Assembly (NCBI GenBank): GCA_023135905.1
Contig: JAGLSE010000047.1
Span: 1-50,286, forward strand
DNA length: 50,286 nucleotides
Origin: Candidatus Omnitrophota bacterium
GTDB taxonomy: Bacteria; Omnitrophota; Gorgyraeia; Duberdicusellales; 4484-171
Reading direction: 5' to 3'
Below the pieces are notes generated by a model, which was given only the letters and a program-made list of their open reading frames with translations, made no database searches and was not told the DNA's origin. The position numbers were made by a program, and so were the translations under genes. This document shows positions 19,352 to 27,774 of this stretch, piece after piece (position 1 is the stretch's first letter; the number at the start of each line of letters is the position of its first letter).

Positions 19352-19380
19352 TTGACACTTCAATCAATCTATTTTATACT
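19352..19380 (+). promoter_or_regulatory. Candidate sigma-70-type promoter (TTGACA-N17-TATACT)
   Basis: TTGACA lies at 19352-19357, followed by a 17-nt spacer and TATACT at 19375-19380. The site is ~225 nt upstream of the ATG at 19605. Hexamers like these can arise by chance in AT-rich DNA. Confidence 0.35.
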
Positions 19381-19494
19381 TTGATTAAATGCATTTTAAA
19401 GGTGAAAAAAAGGTGAAAATGTTAGATAAAAAATTAATGATAAGAGGATGGCGGCCGACCCCCATAAGTCGACCTAAACCGCCATTAAAGCCTT

Positions 19495-19524
19495 CTAAAT
19501 AGCTAAAATATTTTAGCTATTTAG
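19495..19524. repeat. Perfect 30-bp palindrome
   Basis: CTAAATAGCTAAAAT|ATTTTAGCTATTTAG reads identically on both strands. It lies 80 nt upstream of the 19605 ATG and just after a GC-rich patch (19448-19485) that contains the inverted repeat ATGGCGG...CCGCCAT. Confidence 0.6.
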
Positions 19525-19604
19525 AGTAAAGGTTCATTTTAAAATTACTAAGGTTGATTAGAAGCTATCTTATAAATTCCTTTAAAACAAGATATAGTTA
19601 ATAA

Positions 19605-20252
19605 ATGAAAAAAATAATTATTTTTTTCCCTATAATTTTGCTATTAAGTTCGCCTCTTTCCTTTTCAGCAATAATCCATCTAAAGAATGGGAATACTATT
19701 AATGCAGAAATAATTCAAAAAACAGACGAGTATATAAAAGTAGAAAAGTATGGAATGCCTATAACTTATTATTTCGATAATATCGAAAAAATTTCTTATG
19801 TAAGAGAAGATGCTTCGGAAGATATTTTTATTTTTTACATCAAAAAAACTTCTGAATACATTTCAAAAGAAGATTTTGTAAGCGCTAGAAAAAAACTTAA
19901 AGAATACTCAGAATCAAACAGCCCTCGTTTTGAAATACAAATACTACTAAAAGCTCTGAATAATTTGGATAATGGTATAATAAGCAAAAAATACATTTAC
20001 TCCTCATTCACCGGGATAGATAACATGTTGAACAAAAAAAATACACAAGCTCTTGAAAATTTCAAAGCGGCTTCAGAAATGAATCCCGACTATCCTCTGG
20101 CTTACTATTTTCTCGGTGTTAATTATATTGGATTAAGCAATTATATCCAAGCAAAAGAAAACTTTACAAAAGCAGAACAAATATTCCTAAAAACTGGAAC
20201 CCCCCAGGCAAAACAAGAAATTGCAAATTTTATAGAAACTATCCCTGAATAG
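19605..20252 (+). CDS. Secreted/periplasmic TPR-like protein (only plus-strand gene)
   Basis: 215 aa. The signal peptide is MKKIIIFFPIILLLSSPLSFSA|II. The C-terminal part is TPR-like (ALENFKAASEMNPDYPLAYYFLGVNYIGLSNYIQAKENF). Confidence 0.7.
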   Translation: MKKIIIFFPIILLLSSPLSFSAIIHLKNGNTINAEIIQKTDEYIKVEKYGMPITYYFDNIEKISYVREDASEDIFIFYIKKTSEYISKEDFVSARKKLKEYSESNSPRFEIQILLKALNNLDNGIISKKYIYSSFTGIDNMLNKKNTQALENFKAASEMNPDYPLAYYFLGVNYIGLSNYIQAKENFTKAEQIFLKTGTPQAKQEIANFIETIPE

Positions 20253-20297
20253 TAATCATTATTTTAAATAACTTTTCCCCTTATTAAATCCTAATTA

Positions 20298-21944
20298 CTA
20301 TAATTTTCGATATATTTTCTCTAGTTCACTAATACCTATACCTACAATTATATAGTAAAGATATATTCCTACCAAGTAGTACCTTGTTTGGTCAGAATGC
20401 TGCGCAATAATCTGCAAGATACAAGTATAAATCCATAGGCTGGTTATTATAAACAATTTGCCTAACTTTTTATCATTACCAAGGAATTTAAAACTTTTAA
20501 GTCCCTTAATGATGCCAATAAGAAAAATAATATTTAGCACTATTACAAACAAATATAAGGCATTAGATAATTTCGCGAAAGGTATCGGCCAATAAAACTT
20601 TTTATTAGGTAAATTTACCGGTTTAGAATTTGTATCCCCTTCGTAATTCCGAAAGTCATCGTTCGGATATTTTTTGTTGCTATCCCATATTTTAAGCCAC
20701 ATTCCTGTCCTTTCCTCACTCACATCAAAAAGATATGATTTTTTAAAACTGACAGGATAATATTTTCCCCAATCGTAATTTAAAAAAATAATTAAAAGTC
20801 CAACTATCAATACCCATATACCGATAAACCTCATCCTCTTATTAGAATTCTTATGTTTAGATGCCAACTCTGATTTTCTGAATCGCTTTAATAATTTCCC
20901 AAAAAACATGAAGCTTCCTGTAATTAGAAACAAATACATAATTTTAATTACATTTGTTGAAGGTTTAGCCCAATAAAGTATTCTATGAGGAACTACTATC
21001 ATTCTATCCATAACAGTCATATCCCACCCCTTGCAAAGATTAAATCCCTGATTTTCCATACTTGCCAATTGGCCTGCTATTAATTTTAACCAACCTGTTA
21101 CCGGATATATACGGATAAAAGGATGAAGAAAATAAGAAACAAAAAAGAAAGTTCCACAATACACACATAAAGATATTACCAAAATTTTAGTTTTATTCAA
21201 AAACCCAAATTTATTATTAAGAATATGCAGTGTAATTAAAAGAACTAAAAAATAAGATATAAGAATAGCGGCTGTAAATTTAACAAGTAGAGCAAAAGTT
21301 AACAATACGGCCGTTAAAAATGCAAAAGCTATAGATCTTCTATTGTTGCTGACAAATCCATTATAAAATTCAAAAATTGACAAAACACCGAGGCAGGAAA
21401 ATAAGATTAGAAACATCTCTGTAACAATAAACGATGAGCCTAATTGAAACAAAGGATTAGAAATAAACAAAATACTTACTATTAATATCCCTATTTTTAT
21501 TCCAATAGACCACAAAATTAAACATAACACCAAATAACTTATAATTCCCGCTATTAAAGAAAAATGCCTTCCAAAATATAAAATTTTAGGACTAACTTTA
21601 ACTCCTCTTTCTATGTTCTCGTCATAACTTAAGGTTCCATCCCATATAGGAATTTCGGCTAATCTTAAAAAATCTTCATTGTATTTTAGGTACATTCCTG
21701 TACCCAAAATATATTCCATAATTATAGGCATATCCATCTCTATATTCGGATCAAAAAAAAGTTTTTTCCCAATCTCTTCAAGACTCTTTCCTTCTTTAAA
21801 TTTTAATTTAAATCCCTGCGCAGCATCTTTTAGGTAAAGAGGTTCATCATCAAACTGAGGGTATGTATATATATTGTTTATAACAATTTTGGCAAAGATT
21901 ACCGTAGTGACTAAAATATAAATTAAAAAATATTTTTTTTTCAT
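20298..21944 (-). CDS. Polytopic membrane protein, possible GT-C-type glycosyltransferase (paralog of 43190..44890)
   Basis: 548 aa with more than 10 hydrophobic segments. After TM1 there is an acidic loop YPQFDDEPLYLKDA. The block EIGKKLFFDPNIEMDMPIIMEYILGTGMYLKYNEDFLRLAEIPIWD aligns with the 43190 protein. The gene is convergent with the plus-strand gene. Confidence 0.5.
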   Translation of the reverse strand: MKKKYFLIYILVTTVIFAKIVINNIYTYPQFDDEPLYLKDAAQGFKLKFKEGKSLEEIGKKLFFDPNIEMDMPIIMEYILGTGMYLKYNEDFLRLAEIPIWDGTLSYDENIERGVKVSPKILYFGRHFSLIAGIISYLVLCLILWSIGIKIGILIVSILFISNPLFQLGSSFIVTEMFLILFSCLGVLSIFEFYNGFVSNNRRSIAFAFLTAVLLTFALLVKFTAAILISYFLVLLITLHILNNKFGFLNKTKILVISLCVYCGTFFFVSYFLHPFIRIYPVTGWLKLIAGQLASMENQGFNLCKGWDMTVMDRMIVVPHRILYWAKPSTNVIKIMYLFLITGSFMFFGKLLKRFRKSELASKHKNSNKRMRFIGIWVLIVGLLIIFLNYDWGKYYPVSFKKSYLFDVSEERTGMWLKIWDSNKKYPNDDFRNYEGDTNSKPVNLPNKKFYWPIPFAKLSNALYLFVIVLNIIFLIGIIKGLKSFKFLGNDKKLGKLFIITSLWIYTCILQIIAQHSDQTRYYLVGIYLYYIIVGIGISELEKIYRKL

Positions 21945-22089
21945 GCGACTTTAATATTTCATTAAAAAAAAATATAAAAATCTAAATTATTAAAGGTCAT
22001 TACAAAATCAACTCTTCTCTAATGCTAAAAAACCTTGCAAATATCCTCCATCCAGCCATAACAAGTAAAAGTATTTATGAGTAAATACA

Positions 22090-22728
22090 TTATTCTGAAA
22101 AATACTTATGTTTGTACTGAGGTAAATCATCTATTAGATTAACCACTTTGGCAGGATTACCTAAAACAACACAGCGTGAAGGAACATTCTTGGTAACTAC
22201 AGAACCTGCCCCTACCAAAGCATATTCTCCTATTCTAACATCTGGTAATAAGGTCGTATTAGCTCCAATAATTGCACCCTTCATTATATGAACACCTTTT
22301 AAATCAACCTTTCCCCGAAGAGTTTTGGGATATTTAGCATTAGTTATAACAACATTTGGCCCTATCCAACATTCATCTTCAAGAACAGTAAATTCAGGAA
22401 TAAAAGCCTGTGAATGTACTCTGACACCCGAACCAATCTTTACATGGTGTTCAACTACAGAAAGAGTTCCCAAGCTTACATTATCGCCTATTTCATTTAA
22501 TTCCCTAATATTTGCCTTATTCCCTGTTCGAAAATTAGCTCCTATTTTATTCCCTTCATAAATCACAGTATGTGACCTTATAAATGCATTATCTCCAATA
22601 ACCGTTTCTAATCGCCTAACTTCATGCCCCCGAGAATAAGCACCAATTATGACAAAATCTTCTATAACACAGTTTTTCCCCAACCGCACATTAGAATAAA
22701 TCGTTGTTTTTTTGCTAACCATTATCAA
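22090..22728 (-). CDS. Left-handed beta-helix (hexapeptide-repeat) acyl/acetyltransferase, sugar N-acetyltransferase-like (WbpD/PglD-type)
   Basis: 212 aa. Imperfect hexapeptide repeats run throughout. The C-terminal part is IMKGAIIGANTTLLPDVRIGEYALVGAGSVVTKNVPSRCVVLGNPAKV. Confidence 0.8.
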   Translation of the reverse strand: MIMVSKKTTIYSNVRLGKNCVIEDFVIIGAYSRGHEVRRLETVIGDNAFIRSHTVIYEGNKIGANFRTGNKANIRELNEIGDNVSLGTLSVVEHHVKIGSGVRVHSQAFIPEFTVLEDECWIGPNVVITNAKYPKTLRGKVDLKGVHIMKGAIIGANTTLLPDVRIGEYALVGAGSVVTKNVPSRCVVLGNPAKVVNLIDDLPQYKHKYFSE

Positions 22729-22732
22729 ATCC

Positions 22733-23791
22733 TTATAAAAAATTTTCTAGAGAATCTAAAAAAACTTCTCTACCTGTTTCAATCGACTTATATATACAAT
22801 TTACCAACTCTGCAGATTTACGTCCTCCAAATGCATCAACCGCCCATTTATTATTGTATTTTATATTTTCAACAACATTTTTAAAAAACTTCGTGTGACT
22901 CCAGGCGAACTCATCAGGCACTTTCGCATATCTTTCCCATAAACTCTTATCCATTTCATCAAAATCTAAAAAATTCCATATTTTAAGCTCATTCATAAAA
23001 AACCCGCCAATCTCAACGGAGCCCTTTTCACCCAATATGCTTATACTACCTTCTAAATCCTTTGGTCTCGCTGCAGTCGTTGCTTCAATTATACCCAATG
23101 CGCCATTTTTAAATTTCAGAATTACAACAACCGTATCTTCACTTTTTATATTCGTAAGCCGTGTAGCAGCCTTAGCTACAACACTCTCAACATCCCCCAT
23201 CATCCACATTAGAATATCAATATGATGGTTTGCCTGATTTGCCAAAATACCCCCGCCAAGCTCTAAAATTCCGCGCCAGGCTTTCTTATCGTAATAATCC
23301 TGATCTCTCCGCCATCTAAGCCTAACTGTTCCTAACACAAGTTTCCCAAAACGACCTTTATCCATAGCTTCTTTTAATTTTTGAATCGGCGGATTGAAAC
23401 GATTCTGTTGAACTACAAATATCTTTAACTCTTTCTCACGGCATTCTTCAAAAATCTTATCAATGTGGCTTACTTTTAATGCCAACGGTTTTTCTACAAC
23501 AAAATGTTTATTAAAGCGTATCAGCGCTGCTATTCTTTCTTCATGATCTGCAGACGGAGTCAGAATAATTAAGATGTCCGGATTTGTATCACTTATCATT
23601 TTTTCTACATCCATATATGTGGCAATGCTATATTTCTTAATAAACTCTTCAGCAGCTGCTGAATTAATATCGCAGGCACCAACAATTTCCGCATTATCCA
23701 ACCGTTCAATTGCCGCTACATGTTTGTCCGCTATAGCACCGCAGCCAATTAATGCAAACTTAACTTTATTATTATCCATAGGTATTCCCAC
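22733..23791 (-). CDS. Gfo/Idh/MocA-family NAD(P)-dependent oxidoreductase (sugar 3-dehydrogenase-like, WbpB/WlbA-type)
   Basis: 352 aa. The Rossmann N-terminus is KFALIGCGAIADKHVAAI. Other motifs are EKPLALK and NQANHHIDILMWMMG. The track start at 23791 is GTG, and the ATG at 23779 (MDNNKVKF) is an alternative. Confidence 0.8.
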   Translation of the reverse strand: MGIPMDNNKVKFALIGCGAIADKHVAAIERLDNAEIVGACDINSAAAEEFIKKYSIATYMDVEKMISDTNPDILIILTPSADHEERIAALIRFNKHFVVEKPLALKVSHIDKIFEECREKELKIFVVQQNRFNPPIQKLKEAMDKGRFGKLVLGTVRLRWRRDQDYYDKKAWRGILELGGGILANQANHHIDILMWMMGDVESVVAKAATRLTNIKSEDTVVVILKFKNGALGIIEATTAARPKDLEGSISILGEKGSVEIGGFFMNELKIWNFLDFDEMDKSLWERYAKVPDEFAWSHTKFFKNVVENIKYNNKWAVDAFGGRKSAELVNCIYKSIETGREVFLDSLENFL

Positions 23792-23816
23792 TCTTCTTAA
23801 TCATTTGTTTAACATT

Positions 23817-25337
23817 TTATCTTTTCTTATGAATGAAATCCAGATTAGTCATCTTTTCAATTAATCTATTAAAACATCTTAACATGTAATATTCCGCGGG
23901 TAAAACTGAAATGTGAAACTTTACCCTGAATCTAGCAATGAATCTATATAAATAACTAAATAGAACCAGCATACCAATTTCAAACCTTTTTATTTTTATT
24001 TCTCGTTTAATCTTATTATCTATAAATAACGATGCTACTTGCATAATTCGTATATAACGGCGCTGCTTATTAGTTAACCATGGATAATGATCAGCTCTGG
24101 TTTCACTTTCGAACTTACTCCAGGTTTCTAATGTTTGCGGCTCGCTAAATCCCTTTTCTTTCGCGATAGTAAATAATTTTGTCCCTGGCAAAGGTAAAAA
24201 ATGTTCAAGCATAGATATCTCACAACATGGATTCTCCTTAACTAATTGTCTCATCAAATCCACTGTTTTTTTCATGTCAGATAAAACCTCTCCAGGGATA
24301 CCAGTCAATAAATTATACATAGGCACTATCTTGGGATATTTTACTAATTTTCTACTAACTCTTATAATTTGATTAATAGTAATCTTTTTATTCATCAATT
24401 TAAGAATACGATCGGAGGCGGACTCAGCCCCTATCATGATATGTCTAACATTAACGTCCTCCATCAGCAAAAGCATTTCATCGTTCATTCTATCAAGATC
24501 GTCAATTCTTACACCTCTTAATTGAAATGAAACTTTCCATCTTTTCTCTTTTATCATTTCAAAGATATCCTTTGCGCGCTTCATATCAACAAAAAAATTG
24601 TCATCAATAATCGAGAAAGAATCAACTTTAAATCTGTTTATGGCCATCTGCATGTGATCCACAGTCCTCTGAGGAGAATCAGCCGCCCACCGTCTATTAC
24701 GATAAATAAGCGGAGCATAACAAAAACTGCAATCATGAGGACAACCGAAAGATGTCATAATAACAAAAATATTTTTATTACCTAGACGATGATAGCTATT
24801 CATATCTACCAAGTGATAGGGAATCTCTTGGAAAGGAACTTTTTCATAAGAAATAATATCTTGATTATGAATTAATTTTTGATTTTTTTTATAACTTAAT
24901 CCGGGTATATCATCAAAAGCGTCATTACTATTTCTAAGGGTTTCTGCCAGTGCCGCTAAAGGGATAGACCCCGCACCTCGTATTAAAAAATCTATAAAAG
25001 GATTATCTAAAGTATTTTCAGGCAATATTGTAGGATGATGTCCTCCCCAAACAATAGCAGTTTTAGGAGCTAGTTGCTTGATGAATTTAGAAATTTCTAT
25101 TGCATAATGTATCGGCCGCCCAGTCATAACCGACAACCCCGCTATCATAGGTTTAGCTTTAAGTTCATCTTCTATTATTTGTTTCCAATTTTTATAGCAA
25201 TTTCTTTGGTCAACTATTTTCACTGTGAAACCATCTTTAACAGCTATACTAGAAGCATATAACAGGGCCAAAGGAGGATCTTTAATAAAAAGATCACCGT
25301 AACCTACTCTTGGGAATATTAATAATATGTCAGCCAT
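23817..25337 (-). CDS. B12-binding-domain radical SAM protein
   Basis: 506 aa. Motifs are PPLALLYASSIAVKDGFTVKIVD, IVWGGHHPTILPE and TSFGCPHDCSFCYA. Confidence 0.85.
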   Translation of the reverse strand: MADILLIFPRVGYGDLFIKDPPLALLYASSIAVKDGFTVKIVDQRNCYKNWKQIIEDELKAKPMIAGLSVMTGRPIHYAIEISKFIKQLAPKTAIVWGGHHPTILPENTLDNPFIDFLIRGAGSIPLAALAETLRNSNDAFDDIPGLSYKKNQKLIHNQDIISYEKVPFQEIPYHLVDMNSYHRLGNKNIFVIMTSFGCPHDCSFCYAPLIYRNRRWAADSPQRTVDHMQMAINRFKVDSFSIIDDNFFVDMKRAKDIFEMIKEKRWKVSFQLRGVRIDDLDRMNDEMLLLMEDVNVRHIMIGAESASDRILKLMNKKITINQIIRVSRKLVKYPKIVPMYNLLTGIPGEVLSDMKKTVDLMRQLVKENPCCEISMLEHFLPLPGTKLFTIAKEKGFSEPQTLETWSKFESETRADHYPWLTNKQRRYIRIMQVASLFIDNKIKREIKIKRFEIGMLVLFSYLYRFIARFRVKFHISVLPAEYYMLRCFNRLIEKMTNLDFIHKKR

Positions 25338-25351
25338 AGTTTTAGTAATTA

Positions 25352-26266
25352 CTATCTTAACTGTTCGCCTACATCTCTAAATGCTCCAAAAACTTGCTTA
25401 GAGCCCACCTCACATACAGGAATGTCTATTCTATTGATTAGTTTTTCTTTAGCTAGCTCTTTATGTTTAACATAAACAATATTATTATTTTTTAATCTTT
25501 CTAAAAGATTTACAAAAATGTCTTTATTTATATTTCCTTCCTGACAGGGATGAACAATAAACACATTTATTTTATTTTGTTTAATTTTAAGAGCTAACCT
25601 TTCCACTACAGAATTCCTATTAGCTCTGCTGCCGGAAAGTAATTCAAAAAATGTAGGTAAGGTAACCGGGATCTGAAGAATCTTGAATACTCTTGAGTTT
25701 ATCTTAGGAAAAAAAGGACAATTTCCTCTAGTATCACTAGCATATAAAAAATTATGCTCATCTTCCGCGGCTAAAGTATTAAAATTACATCCCCATGACG
25801 GAGCAGAAAAACCAAGAGGAAAATCACCAAATATACTTTTAAATTTATTCATCGACTTTCTAATTTCTTCCTTGATTTCAGAGCTTTTCATCGTCATATA
25901 ATAATTAGACCACTTTACATGATTGTACCCATGTATTCCTATTTCATGCCCTTGCTCCGATATTCTTTTTAACTTATATCTATACTTATCGCTTAAGATA
26001 GGACCTTTTTTGATTAAACCATTCATAAGATTTTTTAGGCCGTAGGTCTTAAAAGGATTGATACAGCATACTTGTCTAATGAATTTTTTATTAAAAAACC
26101 TTGTAAACAGTAATTGCCCAAGATTGTCGGGTCCCATAGAAACAAAAAAAGTAGCCTTTATACTATACCTAGCCAATACCTCCAATAAATTATCAAGATT
26201 ATCTGTAAAATCTGACATTGTACATAAATCTACTCTGATCAACATGTACTTCTTTCTATCCTGCAC
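25352..26266 (-). CDS. Polysaccharide deacetylase (CE4/NodB fold), ArnD-like deformylase/deacetylase
   Basis: 304 aa. LIRVDLCT...ATFFVSMGPDNLG...GHEIGIHGYNHVKW resembles the ArnD N-terminal pattern (RIDVDT...FFSVGPDN...HAWDH). The track start at 26266 is GTG and overlaps the upstream gene by 11 nt. An alternative ATG lies at 26245. Confidence 0.75.
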   Translation of the reverse strand: MQDRKKYMLIRVDLCTMSDFTDNLDNLLEVLARYSIKATFFVSMGPDNLGQLLFTRFFNKKFIRQVCCINPFKTYGLKNLMNGLIKKGPILSDKYRYKLKRISEQGHEIGIHGYNHVKWSNYYMTMKSSEIKEEIRKSMNKFKSIFGDFPLGFSAPSWGCNFNTLAAEDEHNFLYASDTRGNCPFFPKINSRVFKILQIPVTLPTFFELLSGSRANRNSVVERLALKIKQNKINVFIVHPCQEGNINKDIFVNLLERLKNNNIVYVKHKELAKEKLINRIDIPVCEVGSKQVFGAFRDVGEQLR

Positions 26267-27686
26267 GGTTTGCTCCTATCCACTTGAAAATTTGAAACAG
26301 TAATGCTAAAGCACTCCTAATATATACCTTAAATTCCGCAAAACTACTTAAACTCTTTGTTATCCGGATTATCTGAACAGGTCGCAAATAAAATTTTATA
26401 TATGCCTTGGCTATATAAAACTGTAATTTCTTTTTTGAAAAATTTTTAGAAGTAATCACAGGCGCTCCGCTAATTGTCACAAAATTTTTCCAAATACTTG
26501 CGTCTCTCGGATTTAAATTAGTTCTTTCAAACTCCTTTGTCCCGGGATAAGGAATAAGCATTGTAAAAGAGCTTGCTGTAGGCGCAAGTTCAATGGCAAA
26601 TTTTATAGTCTTTTCAATACTTTCTTTCGTCTCATTCATATTGCCAAAAATAAAAAAGCAATGTGTTTTAAGGCCTAAATCGTTGCTGATCTTAAGCGCT
26701 TTTCTACATTGTGCTAAACTTATTCCTTTTTGATATGAGTTCAATATATCTTCGCTTCCTGATTCTACCCCATAAGATATATGAACACACCCAGCCTTTT
26801 TCATTAATACCAAAAGGTCTTGCGTAACTATATCAACTCGAGAATGACACCACCATTCAATATCTAAACTTTTATCTATAATTATCTGACAAATTTTTTT
26901 AACTCTCTCCGGACTTGTAGTAAATCCGTCATCCTGAATCAAAAAATACTCCACGCCATAATTATTAATCAAACATTCTATCTCAGAAACTACATATTGA
27001 GGGCTGTGAGGCCTAAATATCCTTCCTTCCGTATAATAAGAAGCACAAAATGTACACCCAAAAGGACAGCCTCTGGAAGTAATAATTACCGCGCTTTTTT
27101 TCCCTCTTTCCATATTAGTTTGTGGTTTGTAAAGGGAAATATTTAAAAGATCTCTGTTAGGAAAAGGTAGTTTATCCAAATCTTTTATCCAGGGCCTAGG
27201 CTCGTTAGTTATAATATTACCTTTAGATCTGTAAGATAAACCTTTGATTTTATGCATTTCTCCTTTACCATCACGTAATTCTTCACAAAGTTCCAACATA
27301 GTAAATTCCCCTTCACCAAACACTACAATATCAAACTCTGGAAATTGCTCTAAAGTAAGATAAGGAAGGCTGGATGCGTGCGGCCCGCCCAAAACAACAT
27401 GGGATCTACTTTCTTTTTTGACTATTACGGCTAAATCTCTGGCTTTACAGATATTAGCTGTCGCAGAACTTATTCCTACAATATCTGGAGAAAAATTTTT
27501 GACAACGGAACTAATAGCACATTCATTCATTGAACTTACTTCAGGATCTATAATCTTTACTTCAAATCCCGAATTAATCAAAACAGAAGCTATATACCCA
27601 AGGCCTATTGGGAAATAACTTCTAGCTATTGGTCTAAGGACATCATAGATACTTAAATATGGAGTTGCTATAAGCAATACTTTCAT
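26256..27686 (-). CDS. B12-binding-domain radical SAM protein
   Basis: 476 aa. Motifs are FPIGLGYIASVLINSGFEVKIID, PDIVGISS, VVFGEGEFTMLEL, TSRGCPFGCTFCAS and YGVESGS. Confidence 0.85.
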   Translation of the reverse strand: MKVLLIATPYLSIYDVLRPIARSYFPIGLGYIASVLINSGFEVKIIDPEVSSMNECAISSVVKNFSPDIVGISSATANICKARDLAVIVKKESRSHVVLGGPHASSLPYLTLEQFPEFDIVVFGEGEFTMLELCEELRDGKGEMHKIKGLSYRSKGNIITNEPRPWIKDLDKLPFPNRDLLNISLYKPQTNMERGKKSAVIITSRGCPFGCTFCASYYTEGRIFRPHSPQYVVSEIECLINNYGVEYFLIQDDGFTTSPERVKKICQIIIDKSLDIEWWCHSRVDIVTQDLLVLMKKAGCVHISYGVESGSEDILNSYQKGISLAQCRKALKISNDLGLKTHCFFIFGNMNETKESIEKTIKFAIELAPTASSFTMLIPYPGTKEFERTNLNPRDASIWKNFVTISGAPVITSKNFSKKKLQFYIAKAYIKFYLRPVQIIRITKSLSSFAEFKVYIRSALALLFQIFKWIGANRAG

Positions 27687-27774
27687 TTTTTATGTGAGGT
27701 CAGTAATTATAAAGTCTACTAAATGATAGTATACTTTTACAAAGTCCAGCAATTTCAATAGACCGAAAATATTA

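Noticed and set aside
21933-21941. Homopolymer tracts as phase-variation switches: an A9 run immediately after the ATG of 20298..21944 (ATGAAAAAAAAATAT), and also a T9/A9 run at 45612-45620 inside the GT39 gene.
   Set aside because: A/T runs of this length are common by chance in DNA this AT-rich, and here they encode ordinary Lys stretches (MKKK, QKKS). Without population or read-level length variation there is no evidence for slipped-strand switching.
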